Source: Calditrichia bacterium
GTDB lineage: Bacteria > Calditrichota > Calditrichia > JAJRVZ01
NCBI GenBank assembly: GCA_963796965.1
Contig: CAWCNS010000004.1
Coordinates: forward strand, 224,001 to 288,000
Length of the DNA stretch: 64,000 nucleotides
Reading direction: 5' to 3'
Shown: positions 58,948 to 64,000 of the stretch, one piece after another
How positions within the stretch are numbered: the stretch's first letter is position 1
How the letters are laid out: every line of letters begins with the position of its first letter
The notes under the pieces: model-generated
The model's input: only the letters and a program-made list of their open reading frames with translations
The model's database searches: none
Told to the model about the DNA's origin: nothing
Position numbers and translations under genes: made by a program

Positions 58948-59733
58948 ATGGTTAAAGAATGGGATTTGGCGCGAACCAATATGCAGCGTCTCATCAATAA
59001 TAAACCTGAGGTTGCGGTGATTCCGACAGCGGCGATTGAACCGCATAACCGGCACCTTCCCGAAGGACAGGATATGTTACATACCTCATATATTGCAGAT
59101 AAATGTTGTGAGGTTGCCTGGCAAAAAACGAAGAAAGTGATCGGTCTGCCGGCCATTCCCTATGGTGTGGATTGTAATCTGATGGATTTCCCCATGGCCA
59201 TTCATGTCTCTCAGAAAACACTTGATGCTATGCTGACAGACATCATCTCATCCCTCAATCATCATGGTATAAAAAAAGTCGTGATTGTCAATGGCCATGG
59301 CGGCAATGATTTTGCACCGTTGATCAGACAAATTCAGTGTGATCTGGATATGCATGTCTTTCAGTCGGACTGGTGGAAAGCAGGACTTGATCAATACGAT
59401 GCGATCTTTGAATTGCCTGAGGATCATGCCGGCGAATTAGAAACATCGGTTGCTCTTGCCCTTTATCCTGAGTTAGTCGAGATGGAATTTGCCGGTAAGA
59501 TTACGGTTCCACCTTTTCGCTTTGAGGCCCTTCGGGAAGGATGGATCAGAACCAGTCGCGACTTCACAAAATTAAATGATCATTGTGCAACTGGAGAGCC
59601 ATCAAGGGCATCTGTTGAAAAGGGGCAGAAATACCTGGATCTGGTTATTGGTCGGATCAGCAAGTTTCTGGTTGAATTGGCTGAGTCATCTTTGGATGAG
59701 GCATTTCCACATCAACCAGTTTTAAATAAATAG
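58948..59733 (+). CDS. Creatininase-family amidohydrolase
   Basis: 'AIEPHNRHLPEGQD', 'VNGHGGN', 'DHAGELETS'. Confidence 0.9.
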   Translation: MVKEWDLARTNMQRLINNKPEVAVIPTAAIEPHNRHLPEGQDMLHTSYIADKCCEVAWQKTKKVIGLPAIPYGVDCNLMDFPMAIHVSQKTLDAMLTDIISSLNHHGIKKVVIVNGHGGNDFAPLIRQIQCDLDMHVFQSDWWKAGLDQYDAIFELPEDHAGELETSVALALYPELVEMEFAGKITVPPFRFEALREGWIRTSRDFTKLNDHCATGEPSRASVEKGQKYLDLVIGRISKFLVELAESSLDEAFPHQPVLNK

Positions 59734-60098
59734 GTCCACGAATTACACGAATTAGCACGAATTATGATGTGTGTTATATCTGGGATTAGAGCTTACGCCC
59801 TTCAGGGTTTGGATCGTATTTATTACAGATTCACAGGGCGTTGCCCTGTGCTATTGCTCATGCCCTTTCAGGCAATGAAGAGCAATCATGGTCATCCTGG
59901 ATAACGCCGGGAGGCGGATCCTCTCCCGATAATCGGGGTTTATTTCTCCAAAAGAGTCCTTTGGCCAGGATCTATTTTTTTGAACTTTGGAATAGATGCC
60001 GAAATAAATTCGGCATGACGAATACAATGTTTCTTAAGCAGATTCAAATAAAAAAAAGTATTTCATGAAATTCGTCTTAATTAGTGTGATTCGTGGAC
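59734..60098. mobile_element. Composite nested element: CACGAATT-family outer arms enclosing a tnpA right-end remnant and a GTCATCC-family REP doublet
   Basis: GTCCACGAATTACACGAATTAGCACGAATT (59734-59763) pairs with AATTCGTCTTAATTAGTGTGATTCGTGGAC (60069-60098). Inner parts at 59763-59877 and 59891-60019. Confidence 0.8.
59763..59877 (+). pseudogene. Remnant of tnpA 3' end plus its three right-end hairpins
   Basis: TATGATGTGTGTTATATCTGGGATTAG (YDVCYIWD*) versus tnpA YDERYIWD*. Followed by GCTTACGCCCTTCAGGG, CACAGGGCGTTGCCCTGTG and TGCTCATGCCCTTTCAGG, as at 8788-8873. Confidence 0.88.
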
Positions 60099-60121
60099 AA
60101 TAACCATAAGGAGTAATAAAA

Positions 60122-62117
60122 ATGAAAATTTTGAAACAGTTATTCATACCCATTTTAATAATTTTGATAATTGGCGGATGTACCTCTTTTAGTGGTCCGG
60201 CCAAAGATATTGAGTTAATAACACTCTTTGGCGACAATATGGTCTTGCAACGTGATATCGTCCTGCCCATTTGGGGTACTGCCGATGCCGTCGGGAATTG
60301 TTAAAGTTGAGATAAAGGATCAGGTTAAGACAGCAACGGTACAGGATAACGGGAAGTGGAAAGTGTTGTTGGATAAAATGTCGGCTGGTGGGCCTTACGA
60401 GTTGAACATTATTGGAGAAAGCATAATTACTTATAAAAATGTTATGGTTGGTGAGGTCTGGGTCTGCTCAGGACAGTCAAATATGGAAATGGCAGTAGAT
60501 GGATGGGGTAAGGTGGACAATTACGCAGACGAAGTCGCCAATGCCAATTATCCAAACATTCGGTTGTTTCAGGTCGAGCATACGGCAAGCACCCTACCTC
60601 TGGATACAATCAATTGTCCGGGATGGGAAGAATGCAGTCCTAAAACAATTCCGGTGTTTTCAGCGGTGGCCTATTTTTTTGGCCGGAAAATTCACAAGGA
60701 ACTCAATATACCCATAGGTTTAATTCATACTTCATGGGGTGGTACACCGGCTGAGGCCTGGACGAGTGCCGGATCTCTTAAAGAGATGCCTGACTATAAA
60801 GATGAAGTCGAATTCATTCAGGCAACAAAGACAGAACAGCGACAAACAATGGATGAGTATCGGGCAGAATTAAAGAAGTGGGAAGACAGTATCAGACCGG
60901 GAGATGCAGGTTTTGAAAATGGTCAACCCATCTGGCATACTCCGGAATTGGATCTATCTGATTGGAAGGCAATGGAACAACCCACAAGATGGGAAAATGC
61001 CGGTTACCCTAATTTGGATGGTATTATGTGGTTCAGAAAGGAAATCAATCTTCCAAAATCAATGGTGGGTAAAGACTTAATGCTACATCTTGGACCTGTT
61101 AATGACATCGATATTACCTGGTTTAATGGTCATAAAGTCGGGAGTATACGTGATGCGAATATGCCCAGAGATTATAAAATCCCGGCCGCCCATGTAAAAG
61201 CGGGAAAAAATGTCATCGTTGTTAATGTTCAGGATATTGGATATAGTGGTGGTTTATGGGGTAAAACAGAGCAATTGTTTATCGAAAATAATAAAGGTAA
61301 AAAGATATCCCTGGCCGGTGAGTGGTTATGTAAAATCGGTTTTGATACAAAAATTCTGGGACCCAAACCACAATCTCCGGAGGATCCTAACCGACCGACT
61401 GTGCTGTTTAATGCGATGATAAATCCTCTTATACCTTACGCTATACGCGGTGCCATCTGGTATCAGGGTGAAAGTAATGCAGGCAGAGCGTATCAATACC
61501 GCACCCTTTTTCCAACTATGATAAAGGATTGGCGCAGGCATTGGGATCAAGGTGATTTTTACTTCTTTTTTGTTCAGTTGGCAAACTTTAAGCGACTACA
61601 AACCGAACCACAGGACGATGATTGGGCAGAGTTACGTGAAGCGCAATTAATGACGCTTTCCTTACCAAAGACAGGTATGGCTTCTGCAATTGATATAGGT
61701 GATGCAGATGATATACACCCCAAAAACAAACAGGATGTAGGGAAACGGTTGGCTTTGAATGCACTTAATTTAACTTATGGGAAAGACATTGTTTATTCGG
61801 GTCCGATATATAAATCCATGCAAATTGTAGGAAATGAAATCCGTTTGAACTTTGATCATGTTGGTCTGGGGCTGACAGGGAAAAGCGGCAAAGCTTTAAA
61901 AGGATTTGCCATTGCAGGGAAAGATAAAAAATTTGTTTGGGCTAAAGCGAGAATTGATGGCGAGACTATTGTTGTCTCTACAGGAAAAATCAAGAATCCG
62001 GTAGCGGTACGGTATGCCTGGGCGGCTAATCCGATTGGTAATTTATATAATAAGGATGGATTGCCGGCTTCACCCTTTAGGACGGATTCCTGGAAAGGGA
62101 TTACACAAAATAATTAA
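60122..62117 (+). CDS. Sialate O-acetylesterase lipoprotein, paralog 2; one frameshift near 60290
   Basis: Lipobox 'IGGC' and 'FGDNMVLQR' in ORF 60122. 'GEVWVCSGQSNME', 'WYQGESN', 'DIHPKNKQDVG' in ORF 60228. Confidence 0.88.
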
Positions 62118-62274
62118 TAGGACTCTCGAATATCCGCCTAAGAATTAGATAGGTATTATGGAAGATTTGATTATCATATTAAATCAATTGTGCTCTTTTA
62201 ATGGTGATATTATCAGTTAATGAGAGTCTTCTGATTCAGTAGGACAAATGACCCAGTCAGAAAGTTAAAAATAC

Positions 62275-64000
62275 ATGAGACATTTTGTTTTACCTGTTTG
62301 TGTTATATTGTTTTTATCATTTCTGTTCATTTGCAGCTGTGGTGAAAAAAAGGAATATCTTTCTTCAATTTTTCCTGACTCAACAAAAGGCTTGATTATC
62401 CTGCAGCATGATAATCTGAAATTTCGCAAGGGTCTCGAACAACATGATATGCTTGGCAATAGCGGGTATCGTCTGCATAACACAGGTCTGGTAAAACAGG
62501 TCTTTGGCGACAAATGGGCCAACTCTGCTAAAGTCGCAAAAGCAAAAGAATCCGGACAACCTTATTATTTTGACCGAATCAGTGGGGGGATGCCCTTTCA
62601 ATCCCTGGAGGGAATCAATGACATTGCCAGGCAGTAAAGGATGATCCTCTTTTTCTCGGTTTCCAGGTACATGAATGGGGAAATTCACCTGTCCATGATT
62701 ATCATCGTATACACAGTGAACTTTTGGACAAAGGGTTCCCCCTGGATCGGCAGCATTTTGCACCACTCGAAGGCCGCATCGAGACACCATACTTTTCTGC
62801 AGGGGATTTTAATATTTACAAAGATCTGTATGAACCGCTCCACAGTCTGGCGGATGTTGAGCGATATCTGGAGCGCTATTTTAAAAAGATTATTGATCTA
62901 ACTTACGGACAGGTTATATCCGTGACCGGATTTGCACAGTTTCATCACGCTGCTTTACGATTGGGAGCTAAAAATATAATGCCGGAAATTGGGAGCCAGG
63001 TACCGCTCACTGCCCTTCAGATTGCTTTTGCCAGGGGTGCTGCACGAGAATACGGCAAACCCTTTGGGGTCTATTATGAACCCTGGGGAGGGAGTCCTTT
63101 TGGTTGTGTTTGTGCCCTGGCGTTTTCTCCCTGGTATGCCGGTGTTCAAAAACTGCAAAAGAAAATGGGTGAGTATCGTATCGGTCAGGAATATGGCAGC
63201 AGCCGATCGTTGCAGCGTCGATTATTTTTTTATTCCTGGCTTGCAGGCGCAGCCTACTTGAGTGAAGAATGGGGTGCGGAGAATTATTTTAGCGATTGGG
63301 AAGACTATTCATTGACCGAATATGGGGAAATTGTTCAAGATTTTCGTGTTATCAGTCATCAATATTCCAGGCCAAAGCCAGTCGTTCCGGTGGCATTGAT
63401 TATGCCTGAAGGGACATTTGGTGTGGATATCCGATATATCGCCGGCAATGCAAAGAAATTATACCAAGTGGCACCCACTGATCTTTTTCATGAACAATTG
63501 GCCGCATTTGCTACGGATGTGCTTGCAGCAGAAGTCCAAATAGGTTCTGGTAAAGAATCTGCTAATCTGACACCTTCTCCCTGGATAAGCAGTTTTGATG
63601 TTCTCTCGGCTGAGGTCCCAGAAGAGATTTTAAAAAAATATCAATTCCTGGTTTATTTTGATAAAGCACAAGCCGATAAATCGCCCCTGCCCCAGGAACA
63701 TATTCAGGTTTATCATGGAAAGAAAAGAGAAGCTGATTATTTAATCCAGGTACTCAAACAGTCTATATCACTATCATGTTCAGGGGGAGGTCGGAACTGC
63801 TCATGCCCGTGCTGATGAACAGTATCTCCTGGGTGTATTTCAATAACCACGGAATTACAAAAACGACGGATGGAGAAACAGGCTGATCCAAATGCCGAAA
63901 AAATGGTGACCATTCAGGGTCGTTGTAATGATGTTCGATTCCTGGTCGGTAAAGAATATGCCATACAGGTTGAACCAGGCAGCATTCGTCTTTGTCTACC
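62275..64000 (+). CDS. Hypothetical lipoprotein (possible glycoside hydrolase), frameshifted and truncated by the window end
   Basis: Lipobox-like 'ICSC'. Continues in ORF 62724 ('AFARGAAREYGKPFGVY'). Coding-like sequence runs to the end. Confidence 0.5.

Noticed and set aside
59841..60068. 75-aa ORF in the creatininase-esterase spacer
   Set aside because: It is a chance reading through nested palindromic elements.
2364..60098. CRISPR array
   Set aside because: No run of identical direct repeats with unique, evenly sized spacers, and no cas genes. The repeats are dispersed inverted elements.
2298..60120. Integron cassette array with attC sites
   Set aside because: Co-orientation and palindromic spacers are suggestive, but I saw no consistent RYYYAAC...GTTRRRY boxes, there is no tyrosine integrase in the window, and the genes are far larger than typical cassettes.
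530..63261. Short minus-strand and alternate-frame ORFs in the ORF track
   Set aside because: They are shadows overlapping well-supported + strand genes and have no recognisable motifs.
1370..63900. Many frameshifts and in-frame stops (AKR, aldolase 5' end, 12554 gene, DUF5107, 21708 gene, GH20, RAYT, Tat protein, esterase 2, last gene) as programmed frameshifting, phase variation or mass pseudogenisation
   Set aside because: They are scattered single-base indels, often in short homopolymers, clustered in patches, with catalytic motifs intact. This fits uncorrected long-read error best. Raw reads are needed to exclude real pseudogenes.
1..64000. tRNA, rRNA or known riboswitch
   Set aside because: No cloverleaf/T-loop, rRNA-like or recognisable riboswitch sequence seen by eye. 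An Infernal/Rfam scan would be needed to exclude them.

Overview
AT-rich bacterial window, probably FCB-group (Calditrichota/KSB1-like, inferred from two 'NYPNPFNP' T9SS/FlgD-type C-terminal sorting domains). All credible genes (~37) lie on the + strand. Most encode secreted or periplasmic glycan-processing enzymes: 2 GH106-like rhamnosidases, 2 sialate O-acetylesterases, 3 S1 sulfatases, a GH20, a tandem Asp-box sialidase-like protein, a beta-helix protein, DUF4838, DUF5107-TPR and amidohydrolases. No transporter or sugar regulator is recognisable. Interspersed are an IS200/Y1 HUH transposase with long triple-hairpin inverted ends, a second RAYT-like HUH gene carrying palindromes inside its own reading frame, a 'mobile mystery' XRE/Fic pair with a triple operator, and a Pif1-like helicase with a candidate sigma-54 promoter. 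Two patterns stand out. (1) Most spacers hold stacked, often nested, palindromic mini-elements from at least 7 families, including an internal filled-versus-empty site pair for a 22-nt insert and a solo remnant of the transposase end. (2) One ~150-aa C-terminal beta-sandwich module is grafted onto five enzymes from four unrelated families. Several genes are split by single-base indels, most likely long-read errors. All family calls come from motif recognition by eye, not database searches.
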